A stretch of 63,983 nt of DNA, filler included, from Collodictyon triciliatum (Eukaryota), in assembly GCA_043381765.1 (NCBI GenBank). It is 14 parts of 14 records of this genome, joined end to end, with 100 filler letters (N's around TTAATTAATTAA, not from the genome) between each part and the next. Parts side by side here need not be neighbours in the genome. Positions count along the whole stretch, not along the records: positions 24,149 to 29,261 come from JBHJMP010005473.1; positions 29,362 to 34,474 come from JBHJMP010005474.1; positions 34,575 to 39,686 come from JBHJMP010005475.1; positions 39,787 to 44,897 come from JBHJMP010005476.1; 10 more parts are not named here. The stretch is one strand, 5' to 3'. Made by a program: the position numbers and the translations under genes. Positions 27,101 to 39,967 of this stretch are shown piece by piece. The first letter of the stretch is position 1, and each line of letters starts with the position of its first letter. The notes beneath the pieces are model-generated. The model worked only from the letters and a program-made list of their open reading frames with translations, did not search any database and was not told the DNA's origin.

Positions 27101-28507
27101 ATTTGGGGCGGGAGCTCTTCAATCTGAGTATATTGGCATTAGATGTCAGTGTTTTCTTAACTCAGAATGTATGCATTCTGGACAAACGTAGTGCTGTTTG
27201 CACGGTCATCTTCACCATTGTTGCGCCATGTTACTGTGATAATGTCGCCTTTTTTTTTTTTAAAAAAAAAAAGAATAAGTGAGGATGAGTGAAAAATTTA
27301 AACCTAATCATTCGAAGCATCGATTATCGCCACGGGGCCGCCATGCAGAAAGGTAATTAGTGTCAAATCATGTGGACTTGTTGTTTATCGATTACTAAGA
27401 TTTAAGCTTATTACGGATTTTGATTCACATACCTTGTTCTGGCTGATGTCGATGAAGCTCAGATTCACCAGGAGGGAGATGTTGGCTGGAAGCACGGATA
27501 TGTTTCTTCCGGTGAAATTCAGCGAGTGGAGCTGGATATATGCCTCGCTTGGTGTCCATCCCGGCTTTATAATTTCGTCTTCCTGTTTTTGTTTTTTTAT
27601 GTTTTAGGATACTTTTTTTTGGTTATTTATTTATCATTTTCTGGCTTACGGGATCGTAGAGTTGCAGCTTTCGGAAGGCGTTGGCAAAGCTCAGTGTCAT
27701 CCCAAAGCCTTTATCTGTGTTGTTCCACACTGGAAGGGCTGTAATGCCACGCGGCGCTCTCTTTATGTTAATTCCTCCACTGAGTTCGATCCAGAGCATC
27801 TTCAGATTTGTGAGCGCTGTGAATTGTGGTGGAAGCTCCTCCATCTGCATGTATCGTTGTCAGTCACTTTATCTTTTCAGCATAAATAAAGATAGTAATA
27901 ATAAATGAATAAAACATACCGGGTTGTTATAAACACTAAGATACGTGAGACCAGTCAAACACGATATTAATGGAGGCAGCGATGACAACTGATTGCCATA
28001 AACACCAAGCTCAATGAGACCAGTCAAGCAAGATATTTGTGGAGGCAGCGATGGCAACTGATTGCCACTAACATAAAGCCATATGAGACCAGTCAAGCAA
28101 GATATTTGTGGAGGAAGCAATGACAACTGATTGCCACGAACATTAACATATGTGAGACCAGTCAAACATGATATTTGTGCCGGCAGCGATGACAACTGAT
28201 TTCGTTGAACATAAAACTCAATGAGACCAGTCAAACACGATATTTGTGCTGGAAGCGATGACAACTTATTGTCACTAACAATAAGACCAGTGAGACCAGT
28301 CAAACACGATATTTCTGGAGGAAGCAATGATAACTGATTGCCATGAAGTTCCAATCTTTCCAGACCAGTCAACAAAAAAACGCCATCCGGAACGGAAGTC
28401 AGATTCTTGTTAATGAGATTCAGACTCTCGGAGCTTTTTAAAGAGGCGATGTCGTCTCTCCCGGCGATTTTTCGGACTTCTTCTAAAAGCGCATTCTGGT
28501 CGGCCAT
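24185..28507 (-). CDS. Leucine-rich repeat protein, multi-exon, 3' partial
   Basis: First exon with 23-aa repeats LSSLPxQISCLTGLxxLxVxxNQ; later 69-nt single-LRR exons (e.g. 24907-24975 ISALPANISSLTNLTNLSISNNK; 24749-24817). Confidence 0.92.
24905..26656. repeat. ~876-bp tandem duplication inside the LRR gene (exons plus introns)
   Basis: Near-identical ORFs at 25406-25630 and 26282-26506 offset by 876 nt; intron sequences also match. Confidence 0.9.
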
Positions 28508-29163
28508 GCCGACAGAAGTGGGGTGGGGGTGGTTTGGGTGGGTTCTGGGGGCTGTGTGGACGGGTGGACTGGGTTGTGTTAGTGCACTGCAGTGTTTATT
28601 TGTTTTGCGACTGCACTTGACAGGTCACACAGACTGGCGTTGCTCGGGTGAGAGCGGTGCGGTTGTGCACACAGAGAATAGAACGCGCATTGCGAATGAG
28701 TGATGCGATAAGGTAGCAAGAAAGAAAGAGCGCAAGGCAGCAGTGATTTCGACGGGACGAAGGTTAAATATCCCACAAAGGCCGGCGAAGCTTCCATCCG
28801 AATGAAGATGCGGCCATTTCAACATATAGCGGGCGGATTGGGCTGTGTGTCGCTCGTGTGCAGTGTGTGGCTCGTGTGTTGATTGGGAAGGCAGAACATT
28901 CTCGAATGCTCCAGGTGCGATATCTCCCATTAATGCACGAAGTGTATTCCTGCTGCAAAAATTCGGAAAATTTATGTCACAGTATTCGACATGCACCACA
29001 AGATTTGTATATACTGTAAATTCCACAGATTGAAAAATGTATGGTGATAATTGTACGGAGTATGACTAACCTCTTTCTCTTTTTGGATGAAAATTTGCTT
29101 CTTCATGCCATTAATGTCCATGTTTATTTCTATCTTTTTTTTTCGTGTTGCTGTGGTTGTGTT

Positions 29164-29261
29164 ACAAAAACCACGTTTCCCTTTGGTTTTGCACAAAAAC
29201 CACGTTTCCCTTTGGTTTTGCACAAAAACCACGTTTCCCTTTGGTTTTGCACAAAAACCAC
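29164..29261. repeat. 29-bp tandem minisatellite, ~3.4 copies, cut by the contig end
   Basis: CAAAAACCACGTTTCCCTTTGGTTTTGCA repeated head to tail with no spacers. Confidence 0.9.
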
Positions 29262-29361
29262 NNNNNNNNNNNNNNNNNNNNNNNNNNNNNNNNNNNNNNN
29301 NNNNNTTAATTAATTAANNNNNNNNNNNNNNNNNNNNNNNNNNNNNNNNNNNNNNNNNNNN

Positions 29362-29448
<87 letters not shown>

Positions 29449-29799
29449 CCAACACCAACACCAACACCAACAACACCAACAACAACACCAACAACAACAC
29501 CAACAACAACAACACCAACAACAACACCAACAACAACACCAACAACAACACCAACACCAACAAATAACAAATCCAAATGGCAACAAATTTTTTTATTTTA
29601 TCAGTGAACGAAAATTCGGTGTATATTTTATCAATTTTGTGTATTTAGGTTCCCTTTATTTTCTTTCCAAAAAATTTGTATCTCTCTGGGGTTGAATAAA
29701 TTTATTACCTGCGCTGAAAAGGAGCTTCGATTTTCAACTTCCGACAATTTTTGCAACCTGTGTTTTTTTTCTCTTTTTTAAAATCAAAACCCCCTTTGT

Positions 29800-32700
29800 T
29801 CACTTTCACTATAATAATTTTTAACTCGAGTCGGGTGTGGAGAGCCACTGCCCCTTTGGTTGAGAATCACTGCAAAGAAAAGTAAAAAAAAGGAGCAACA
29901 AACTTACTTAGATACAAAGGACATCAATTGTTTCCTCTTACTCATACCCGTGCTTCTTTTAAAGTCGACATTTCCCATATCATCACTCAGCGTATCAATA
30001 AGAGACTCTTTCATTAAATCAACCACATCCTACGGTGGTGTGAAGAGCACTTTAGCGCATTTCTGTGGATGAAATCTTTTTGTCTATTTCATTCATTTAA
30101 CATCCAAAATAATCTGTCAAAATTAAGCATAAAAACTAGAGAGCAGAAACCAAGGCATCGTCTCTTGTTACAATATCTCTCAACTCAATTTTAGCTCGTG
30201 CTTCTGCTAAACGTATCAGAGACTCCAGCTGCCTAATGAATACTTACGAATCAATAGACGATATGATATAAATATACTCTTCAACTGGTCATTCATTTTC
30301 AAGTGAAATAGAAAAAAAAAATATGGCCACATCGATGATATCCAATTATTACTTGATAACTCGAACGGAAGGGTTTGGGTGTGATAAAGTCTTGCTTACC
30401 TTGTTGTAATCGGAGTGCTGTCCATGCTGTGGTGATTACGTCGAAGAGAAAGGTAGAAATCACATAAGATAACCTTTGCCTCCTCTGACAACCTGATAAG
30501 CAAGTATATGAATGATAGTAACAGCATATGAGAGTGTATTTTTTTTTCTGAAAAGACATGTCATTTATTCTGGGGGGTACGTTCGATAAGCTTTGCGTGT
30601 TTGGATACATGTTTCATACTTGGGATGGACGTATTTCCGAGCGTAGCCAATATACTTCCTCAACAAATTTGTGGGTATGGGTGAGAATTCTGTCCCGGGT
30701 GGCACACGAAGCCTTTCTTTGATGTCCTGTGCTTTTAATAGTTCTATTAGTTGCTGAGGAATAATCGAATGCTAAAATAAGATGATGCAATCGAAACAAC
30801 ATACTTCTTTGTCTTCCATTCCCTTTTTAGCAGGGCTCATCAAAGGAGTCTTATCTGTAACATATTATAACAACGGAGTCAATAACTTTGAATCGAATAA
30901 AGGAAAAAAAAACAACGGAGTCAATATCTTTGAATTGAATAAAAGGAATAGAAAAACAACAGAGTCATAAAAATATTGAAATTAAAAGCCATATATCGTG
31001 ACACGTGTATATCAATAAACAAATACACACCAAATTCGATTCGTTGCTTCTTTGCATGCTTCCCAGAGTGTAGCTGTCATTTGTTTATAGAAGAAGACGA
31101 AGTGAACCCTTAATTTTCATTAACTTGTGTTTTTTTTTTCACATGAAATTACTTTATGAAACAATCTGTATATACAACCGCACCGCCATCACATGATCAG
31201 AAAGCATCTCGTCCCTTTCCGTGTCTGGCTTGTCCAAGAGAATAAATACAATATCAAATCGAGATAAAATTGCAGACCCCATGCGCAAGTTTTCATGAAC
31301 AGTTTTCGAGCGGCTAATATTTTCATGTAGGAATAAAATGCATATGATGTAAGCATAATGTGGCAGGGATATGTTTTGCTTTCATTTGTTTCGGCGAAAT
31401 ACATACTCATAATGACCACCGCACGGGTTAGCTGCTGCAATAATAGCTGTCCGAGATAGAAGGTTGCACACTATCCCTGCCTTTGCTACAGAGACAGACT
31501 ACACAGCATAATAAAATAAAGCACTTAAAGAGTAATATTATTATTTGTTTACAGGCGAATCGAATACTCACCTGCTGTTCCATGGCCTCAAGAAGCGCTG
31601 GATGTTCACTGCCCATCTTATCAAATTCGTCAATACAGCAGCAACCTTGGTCACCAAGAACCAGTGCCCCTACAGCGTCAAAAAAAAAAAAAAGAAAAAA
31701 AAAGAAAAAAGGAATATATTATTTCTAGTGATTATTTATATCATCGGTTGGGATAAAGTCACATATATTTTTTTGTTCCAAAAAATTCAACAGTTTACCA
31801 GCTTCGAGAGCAAAGTCACCGGAAATAGGATCTTTTAATACAGTTACTGTCAATCCTGCGCCGGTTGTGGTATTTCCACAAACATAGACGCCTCTGGGTG
31901 CTAGATTGCTAATGGCCTGAAGCATCTGACTTTTTCCAAGTCCAGGGTCGCCTGTAAATAAATGTGTTTTTTTTTTTAAAAATAATAATATTTTAGTGAG
32001 GTAAATCCTCGAAAAGCATCTTTCTATATAAAGTGCAAAATCACGCCAAATTACCGACAACAAGGACATGTATGTCTCCTCTCGTTGATATCTTGTTCCT
32101 CTCTGCTCCGGATTTTTGAACTCCACCAAACAAAGCAAGAACCAATCCAGCTTTACAATAGAGAACTCATCAACAATAAACTAAGGCAAGTAATAGCGAC
32201 TAATAATGAGGACTGACAGCCTCGGTGGGACTCTTTCACCGCATGTAAGTAATTTTCATGTTTGTGAGTCAGGCATACCTTTGACAACTTCGTGTCCAAA
32301 AATAGACGGACACACAGAGTTCACAACCAAACGAAATGGGTTTGGGTCGCATGCTATTTCCTGATTGCGGAATGGAGACATTCCAGGGGAAACCATGATT
32401 GGCATTTAATAATATCAAAATAAACCATGAACGATTGATAAATCTACTCATTTTTTTTTCACAAAATACTCATAGCGAATCAAAGCGAATGAAAAATGGA
32501 CATGAGTATTCTCTTTTTCTTGTGAGAGGATTTTACAGGCTTATACCCTAATCCCATACAAATCTTTCGTTGAAAATTGAAGAAGTTCCATCTTGCCCTC
32601 CTCCACTTGTTTGCTATTAACAACTGCATTTGCATCGATATAGAGCAGAAAAAGGCTTTTGGTTTTCGACCGACCTGAATTCATTATGCAAAGACAAGTA

Positions 32701-34380
32701 ATTTTGGATTTATTCAGAGCCTTGGTTGGAATTAATCCACATTTATCAGGTTCGATGCGTGGTTGTAAAAAAAAAGCAAAGATATATGTCATCTTTACGA
32801 TGATGAAAAATAATTTAAACACACGTGAACTTTCATACTATGAAAATTGATTTGACACGATAATATCATACCTGAGTCTCCATCAGAGCTCACAACCTTA
32901 ACTATACCAGACACAGTAACCATATCACCAGGAACGCATGAATCCACAAGGTCTTCAGTTAGTTCACATTCAATATTTCGGGGCATTCTACCCGCTTCTC
33001 GTTGGTCGTCTCCCAAAATCTCTTGTATTCTGCAATCACAAAATGTTGAGACCAAATTTTAATCTGAAGCAAGCTTCCCAGACTCTCGGCTGTGACATTC
33101 AAATGTTCAACGTATCCATTAATTATCAAAAATTAAAAATAGGTAGGAGGTTACTTAATCTTTTGCCAGTCTACAGATTTTGCACTCGATCGATCGGGAT
33201 GGAATGTAGTGCTTTTGCACCCTCCCATAGGACATTGCTCAGGAGGATTGTACTTACCATCCTGATAATTTTTTTTGGAAGAGATAAAATCTAGTCTTTA
33301 ACATAGAAAAGATCGCTTATTGAGTTCGTGTTTCCCTATATACCTTCAAAATTCTATGGGCCTTTGAATCGCATTTCGAGCATGTAAATAACATGGAGGA
33401 AATAAGTGGCTTGATGATACTGACACGGATAACAGTCCCCTTAATTGTGATAAATTTTCCTACATCATATGTCATCATTTATTAAGAATAGTTTGTATAA
33501 ACAGAAAAAAAAATCATTAGAACCAATTGAGCGGCATATTATGCTTTCGATTGTAACCTATGCTATTTGACTTTAAATTTTTAAGCGGGGTAACAGGCTC
33601 GTGATTGTAGACGCGGGCATGAATCTTCCGTGAATCAAATGGCCTGACAAGTCCCACTTTCTGTAATTGTGTATGGAGGTCAAATATAGAGTGTAGCATC
33701 GCGTAAATATTGCTGCATTTCTTTTAGTTCCATTCGAGAGTGGGTAAGTACACACTAGAAAACTAGGCAACGAAGCACTTTAACCTGCACAAAACCAATT
33801 GATATGCAGTCCAGAGCTTCTATTGGATTGTTCTCAAATAGAGGACCAAAACGACTGATTAGCGGGACATCAGCTCGCAGCAGGCCGTGGTCGATCCAGA
33901 TGGACATATTCCTGGATACCTCGGTCTTTTTTTTTTTTTTTAATAAGAACGCTATTAGTCTCACTAGTAATAAAAGATAATAAATAACACGTAAAATAAT
34001 AGAGTGGCTGTTTGATATAAGAAAAGAAAACGACTGTTCAAATCTACCCTCTTCTGAAAATGTATATTTTCAATTCTTCTATTTTTTTAGAATACATTTA
34101 TATACTTAGAAATCCATCCATCAATCTAATGAATAAAAAACAAATATTATTTTCATTTCTGTCAGATGAAAGAAAGTAGATCAAGGGGAGAAGGGTCTTC
34201 GAGTTGGAAACACACCTCATGGTACAGCTCCTCGTGCCGGCGGAAGAATCCTTCGAAAGCGAGGCATAGAGCAGTGCGCGGGTCGTTTGGAATGTCATCT
34301 TCATCATTCGGAAAGTAAAGGCTCCATGCAAGAAGCCTTGTTGCTCTGCTCATCACTAAAGAGTCTTGAACCGGTTGCTA
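29800..34380 (-). CDS. MCM8: DNA helicase MCM8, multi-exon
   Basis: [92 protein letters not shown] arginine finger; ends approximate. Confidence 0.9.
30869..30968 (+). mobile_element. Two tandem 5'-truncated copies of the short retro-insertion in an MCM8 intron
   Basis: AACAACGGAGTCAATA (30869-30884, 30911-30926, degenerate at 30955) separated by ACTTTGAATCGAATAAAGGAAAAAAA and a diverged second copy. Confidence 0.75.
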
Positions 34381-34400
34381 GAGTCAAAAAAAAACAAAAA

Positions 34401-34474
<74 letters not shown>

Positions 34475-34574
34475 NNNNNNNNNNNNNNNNNNNNNNNNNN
34501 NNNNNNNNNNNNNNNNNNTTAATTAATTAANNNNNNNNNNNNNNNNNNNNNNNNNNNNNNNNNNNNNNNNNNNN

Positions 34575-34634
<60 letters not shown>

Positions 34635-34729
34635 TAATAATAATAAAATAATAATAATAAAATAATAATAATACTAATTATAATAATCTCATGCATGAAT
34701 GTGGAAAAATACAGAAAATTATGACATAT

Positions 34730-37700
34730 ACTTTCATCAGTCTGTTGGGAAAGCTTGTACTCCAAGACGGGGACAAGAAAATTGTTCTCGCGGATTTCCC
34801 TGAAATAGTCTGACAGAGTATTTCCGACTGGATTCATCTCCTGCAATTATAGATTAAGGAAATATTATAAGTCAACATCATAGACATCTATTCATCTTCA
34901 TGTGAAAGCAATCAAGTTGTAAATAAAGGCACCTTCACGAGTTCACCATAGACTACTTTATGGTCATAGCCGTTCGCATTCAAATAGCGCCAGTACTCAA
35001 AAAATTCATAGCGAAAGCCGCTACCCAACACCAACGCAGCAATCTAAAAGCATTTGCAAATAAAAAAAACCATTGTAAGTAATATTACGAAATATGTTAC
35101 TGATACGATTTCTCCTAAAAGGAAAAAAAAGAGAGGCTGCCATATAATTATAGGGAAGTGAACGTAATTCAAGCAAAAATTGAATGAAAGGGTTTATGAA
35201 AAATAGAAAGGAAGAAATGAATCATCTAAGTAGCCAGACCTCTCCATTTTTCAAAATGTCTGCTAATAGGGCAATTTCTTTAGTGACAAATAATGTGTGG
35301 CATATTTCAGCGATTATATTGCTCTCCTTTTGCGTTCTGTCATATTGATTCAAGAGCCACAATCCATATTCTCTTGTTTCGCTCAACTGATGTTCTTCAT
35401 CGATAAAATAGTGCTCCTCAACAGACTTCAGCAGCAATTGGTGAGAAAATGAGTACCTTTAAATATGGAGTGAAATCATCAAAATATACTAATCAATATT
35501 GAAAGATGATTGTATGATCCAAAGGAATTGAAAAACTGTTCAAACAGCCATACCTCCCGTTCTGTAAAAATAATGAGTCTAGGAGAACGAAGAAAAACGT
35601 TCTCCTAAAATTGACTTAAAATCAATATATTGCCATCGTATTTATGCTGTGTTTTCTGAGTCCAAAATAAACTCCATGATAATTTCATACCATATGGTTG
35701 GTTCGTAGATTAGACCTCGCTTTTCCATTCGGTGCTTAACATAAGCATCCAGTTCGTTCTCATTTAAACCAATACGAGATAAGTACAAAACTCTTATGGA
35801 TGGACCCACAATGTCAATTCCTGTGGAAAATGTTATGGGATACTTAAGAAATTAACAAAACTTCCAGATAGCATATATGATGTTAAACAAGAGCAGTCAT
35901 CAAAAGNNNNNNNNNNNNNNNNNNNNNNNNNNNNNNNNNNNNNNNNNNNNNNNNNNNNNNNNNNNNNNNNNNNNNNNNNNNNNNNNNNNNNNNNNAAAGA
36001 AACACCCCAAAAAAAAAACTAACCGTATTTAATTTCCCACCGTCGGATGACTAATTCATACAGCTCTAAGACACCATTACGAGATAAAAGTTCATTCAGT
36101 TCAATATCAACCTTTTCGTAAATCCCAAAGATACGCAATTCATCCAGAATAATTCTCAGATAAAGAGGATGTCCTGAAAGTATAGATGCCAGTTTAGACT
36201 TAGATTGCCGATGTTTCAATGTTCACATCAGGAATTTCATTTATTGATATTTATGTCATTATGCAACTCATTTTCTGAAGGGAAATATTATACCAGTATC
36301 AGCTTTTCGGAGGAGTATCATATCGAGTTGACTATGATTCAGTATTTTGTTGTATCGGCAAAAGAACGACAATGCTGCATCTTTGATGCCTTCTTCGTCA
36401 AGTTTAGGTATACTCACAATTTTGGGGCCGAGAGACTTTGCAGCCTGTTTATGTTATTTAAAATTTTTATCTAGTACATTTAAAAGGAACATGATATTAA
36501 TATAGCTAGGCAAAATTCGAGAAGTTTTAGATAAAAATATGAATAACCTTAAACGAATCATGAGCGTATATGGTTGAAACGACCATCGCTGTTTTTGGGG
36601 GTAAACTACTCGGGAGCCAATCCAGGCGATGGACATTTGGATACTTTGGAGAGTTCATCAATTGATTTACAGCATCTATCACAATAACGATGCTTCGATC
36701 TCTGGAAATACATAAGTGCATAAATACATCATTGTTTATAAAAATGCCCACAACAGTAACGATTAAAATACAAACGTTTTCTCAGATGCAGATTTCAAAA
36801 TTGATGAAAGGCCCTCTTCTTTCAATCCTTTGGCTATGTGAAATATGTATAAGATTTATAAATCTAAAAAAATTCTAGAATAAAATGGTACATTTCTCAA
36901 GTAGAGCCAATTATGAGATCTTAAAGTAGATAAAGTCAATAAAAACCTTCTTCAGAATCATCAGAGAAGGTAAAAACTTTTGAGCGACACAAGAAGCGGA
37001 TAAATCTTTCCACCAAGCTTTATTTATTTATTTAAAAAAATTGTTACTTTGGCACAAAGCAAAGCCATTTCCTATTTTTTTTTTTTTTTTAGAAATAGTT
37101 TGTAATTTATAAAGACAAACTTTTCTACATAGTTGCTCAAATTACAGCAGCCAACGAAATGATACGCAATTAATATGCCTTCTTCCTCATTCTTCTGAAA
37201 GGTCTGAACCAAACCGCTCATTATGGAGGATTTCCCTATACCAGATTCTGCGCATACCATGATAATACCAGATTTTTCTTGGTCAAGTCTCTGTTTCGTC
37301 AATACCTTAAGCTGGTTCAATATCATTGCTCTGCCTTCTAACCCGATGAGGCGATGTCTCATGTACTGCTGATGAGGATGATCTTCGTTGTCGATATTCT
37401 AAAAATATAGGGCAATGGAAGGAAGCATGATTTTTTTTTTTGGTCTTTATGAGAAAGCAGATTATTGACAAAGATTCAAACCTCATTTTCACGAAAATCT
37501 TCTTCTATGGCTTGCTGAAGACAATGTATAATCATGATAACTAACTCGCTCGGTGTCTTGTATGTGGCGATGGGGAATCTCTGACTAATCTTTTCTTTCA
37601 ACCTCTCTTGCTTTTCTCCCTGGACAATATGATCAAAATCAATTTAAAAGACACACTTCATTAGATAAATGAAGCATTTGATACATCTAATAAATACAAA

Positions 37701-38820
37701 CATCCAAAGTATCAACAGGCGCGTACAATGATTTTTCTAGTTCATTTTCAGCAACATTTTCAACAGCATATTGCATATCCCGAGAGAAAAAGAATACTCG
37801 GCGAGCAACAGGATTCGCACATAATGTCCCATGCATAATCTTTTATTTTATTTAATACCATATGAACTTTCAAAATTAATTTACAGATTAGTTTATCCAT
37901 CAATAAATAAGAATTATGTGAAGTTAAATAAACCTCATAATCTGTGACGCTAAGCCCTTGAATGCTCTTCAAATATGGATATTTTAAGTAGGTTACTGGA
38001 TTCCATTCCTTTGGATTTTGCTCATTTGGAGACCATCCATATCTAGCCCCGAGAATGCACAGAAAGTAGGGACATTTCTCTATGGAATCCAAACAACTAA
38101 TGACCACCTAACGTGTGTATCATCTTGAAAACGTACTTCATCGACACATATAAGTAAAGAGTATTTTATTGGATGAAACAACTTTCTCGACATGTCTGGG
38201 TTGTGTGGATGAGTCGATAATTTCGGGTTTACCATTCCGTTCTCTGAAATTTCATGTGTCAACCCCCATCTTAAGTCGATAAAAACCAAAATAAGACCCT
38301 TCTTATTTGCAAACTCCTTTAGCCTAATATCAAATTATCATTATTATTTCTCCTCACAGATAGATTTCGGTGGGGACTATATGAAGAATAAAACACAAAA
38401 ATAAATCCAAAATCTACAGATAAAATACACCATTATGCAAGCATCTGCAAGAAATTTATAAGATTTACAACGCCGAAATGGGTTTTAAGAAAAAGCAAAA
38501 TAATTATACGCACTCTTTTTCTCCTGATTTGAAGAACGCATCTCTCTCCTTTTGCATATCTCTAAATGTAGATGAAAGAAATACTCGAAGCACTCTGTTT
38601 TCTCGTACATGCATCCATTCAGATAGTTGGTCAGAATACTTTGAGCCTGGAATTAGTGACGGCTTTGAACCGGACGTGTTCTCCATACTGGATGCCGGGG
38701 AAGTTTCTGGGATGTTTCCGATCAAGCTTTGAGTCACAAGTTGCTCGGCCTTTGGTTTTTTCTTTGGAAATAAGGAAGTTAGCGTTCGAACAGCATCCAG
38801 TCGGTAACTACCAAAGACAT
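34730..38820 (-). CDS. DUF4062 + NACHT/STAND P-loop ATPase protein (NPHP3/TEP1/NWD-like), multi-exon, 3' partial
   Basis: RVFLSSTFRDMQKER, FIDLRWGL, CPYFLCILGARYGW (DUF4062); Walker A AESGIGKS; Walker B IVIVIDAVNQL; GHPLYLRIILDELR. Confidence 0.88.
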
Positions 38821-39618
38821 CTACATTGTTTTAATATTTAGTGGACCTTTTCTGTGGTCAATTTACCTTCAAATTAATTTTAATCTTTGTCTGATGTATG
38901 TAAAATTGAAAGGAAATAAAAAGACAAATGAAGAAAGATATAAGTCATCTGGTGGGAATGTTGGAAGCGGTATGGCTATACTACTGTTCAAGAGTTAAAT
39001 CTTATCAAAAAAAAAAAAAAGCAAGAGTTGATAACAAAAAACAGAAGAAAAATTGGGCGACATGGGCACTCACTGTCTTTATCAAAAATTATTCTTAGGC
39101 CAGTCTCCTTTGCCTTTCCATTTAGGATATCACAAACCAGTTTCCTGTTTTCTGCCGCATGAAAAATGGACATGTTCCTTATATTATTTTATTTTTGTTT
39201 TAGTACGTACAAGTGAATGAGATAAAGCTTGATGTCTTTTTGGTTTACATAAGCTTACTTATACGAATAAAACAACAAAATCATTTTTTTTATTCTTCCT
39301 TTCAATTTTGTGCAGGATGGTGTAGATGAAAAAAAACAACAAAATCATATAACACAAACCCATCCTTCAATTTGTGATACCGGCCAACTCCTCTGATTCC
39401 CCATGACTCCAACAAGCGCAGAACCACCAATCCATCAAACAGATTTTCGGTGAGATCGCCAACATGGATGTCGAGGGGGAGAAGCTGCTCGTTCAGCCAG
39501 ACCAGGCACTTTTTTTCACATAGAGTATGTTAATAAGTCGCAAAATGATAAAGAAAAGAAGAAAAGAAGATAAAAAATTAAAAAAGGTAAAAAAAAAAGA
39601 TAAAAAAAGGAAAAAAAG

Positions 39619-39686
<68 letters not shown>

Positions 39687-39967
39687 NNNNNNNNNNNNNN
39701 NNNNNNNNNNNNNNNNNNNNNNNNNNNNNNTTAATTAATTAANNNNNNNNNNNNNNNNNNNNNNNNNNNNNNNNNNNNNNNNNNNNAAAGAAAAAAAAAG
39801 AAAAAAAAGAAAAAAAAAGAAAAAAAAAGAAAAAAAAAGAAAAAAAAGAAAAAAAAGAAAAAAAAGAAAAAAAAGAAAAAAAAGAAAAAAAGAAAACATC
39901 AAAGAAAACAAATTAAAAATGCAAGAAAAGAAATAAAGAAAAAAAACGAGAGATACTGAGCGAAATT

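Noticed and set aside
29164-29261. 29-bp partly palindromic repeat resembling a CRISPR repeat
   Set aside because: Units are contiguous with no spacers, no cas genes, eukaryotic context
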